Made by a program: the position numbers and the translations under genes. The notes beneath the pieces were generated by a model. The model saw nothing but the letters and a program-made list of their open reading frames with translations. It was not told where the DNA came from and made no database searches. From contig OZ316899.1 of the NCBI GenBank assembly GCA_973895155.1, positions 3,183,455 through 3,247,454 on the forward strand: a DNA stretch of 64,000 bases. Direction: 5' to 3'. The stretch comes from Marsupella aquatica. Taxonomy: Eukaryota > Plantae > Marchantiophyta. Shown here one piece after another: positions 62,990-64,000 of this stretch (position 1 is the stretch's first letter; each line of letters begins with the position of its first letter).

Positions 62990-63758
62990 TCATAGGGACA
63001 GGCCTCGCTCGATAGCCAATTATAGCCGCACGGGATGCAGCTATCTTGGAGCAAAATTCGGCTATCACGAAGAGAATAGCTGCATATGAGGAGAGAGACG
63101 CTGCTCTTCTGCTACGTGATGTAGCTTACGCTGATCGAGATTCCGCCACAGAGGAACGCGATGCTGCTGTTACAACTCTTGATATTTCAGCGAACAACAC
63201 CCTTGTTGAAAAGAGGCCATCAGTGAAAGATTCAAAGCTCTTCCATACGCTGAGTATGAAAAAGAATTGTACTATTGTAGGAGTTTTTCATCAGGATCCC
63301 TTGTCTTCCACACGGTACAGTGCTATTGTTCAAGAGCAAAGTGACCTTGGCAAGATTGACGATGCCAAAAGAGTCAATTTGTGGGTTTCCTAGGAAGAGG
63401 AAGCTAATAGTGAAATCTACGCTCGATCGCACAGTGCGTTCAAAAAAGATCATGTCGTTCTCCCCAGGAGCATCGTTTGGAGCTTGGAGATAGCGGCGAG
63501 GCCGATTACCTGAAGGGCCCGAACGATGATGTTCACATTGATAATGTGCACTACCCCATTCCCCACTGCTCCTGTACAGGTGTGAGACAGCAGTGTTACA
63601 GATGGGGTAACGGGGGCTGGCAGTCCTCGTGTAGCACTACTATGATCTCCATGAACTTTTTGGAACAACTTGGCTCCGAAGGGATAAATGTAAATTATCC
63701 TGTTGATTTGAAGGAGCACTGGGCAAAGCATGGAACTAACCGTTACGTTACAATTTGA
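62990..63758 (+). pseudogene. BPC: BBR/BPC GAGA-binding factor, class II (alanine-zipper) type, decayed
   Basis: Ala-zipper ERDAALLLRDVAYADRDSATEERDAA; C-terminal PIPHCSCTGVRQQCYRWGNGGWQSSC...DLKEHWAKHGTNRYVTI. The two halves are in different frames with stops, and the DNA-binding domain has an internal deletion. Confidence 0.85.
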
Positions 63759-64000
63759 TAACAAGATGAAGCATGCTCCGTCATTCAAGATCAACGACAT
63801 GTAGGGAAGTTTCCGTCAATCATATTTGTGAAGCTCTCTCGACAGGCGCAAAATGTTTTGGTTTCGGGGGCCAAGTGAGGCACACTGGGCGTTTGCCGAG
63901 ATGATACGTGGTTATACTGACGCGTCTGCACGAGTTCCACATTTGAAGTATATAATACTGTTGTATTTTGTAAGTTCATGGAGATCTACGTTTTGGAACG

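Overview
Eukaryotic plant nuclear DNA, very TE-dense. It is probably from a bryophyte-grade land plant, possibly a liverwort (inferred from the EMS1 sequence and TE-ORF types). There is one intact host gene, an intronless EMS1/EXS-type LRR receptor kinase (9391-13617, minus), and a decayed BBR/BPC gene near the right end. The rest is nested mobile DNA: two Ty1/copia remnants, Ty3/gypsy remnants, and an 18.2-kb CACTA element (23944-42142, ATT target duplication) carrying TnpD, TnpA-like and EDM2-like PHD genes plus a ~570-bp tandem array. A Ty3/gypsy element has a polyprotein reading gag-protease-C5 cytosine methyltransferase. Two ~4-kb TG...CA elements with 5-bp TSDs lack gag/pol and internal terminal repeats but each hold one ~880-aa ORF. 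A 2.3-kb solo LTR has AGT...ACT ends. A spliced, decayed gene at the left edge has a beta-class N4C/N6A methyltransferase-like fold. The main theme is mobile or repeat-embedded DNA carrying chromatin and DNA-modification domains. All family assignments come from manual motif recognition; no database searches were run.
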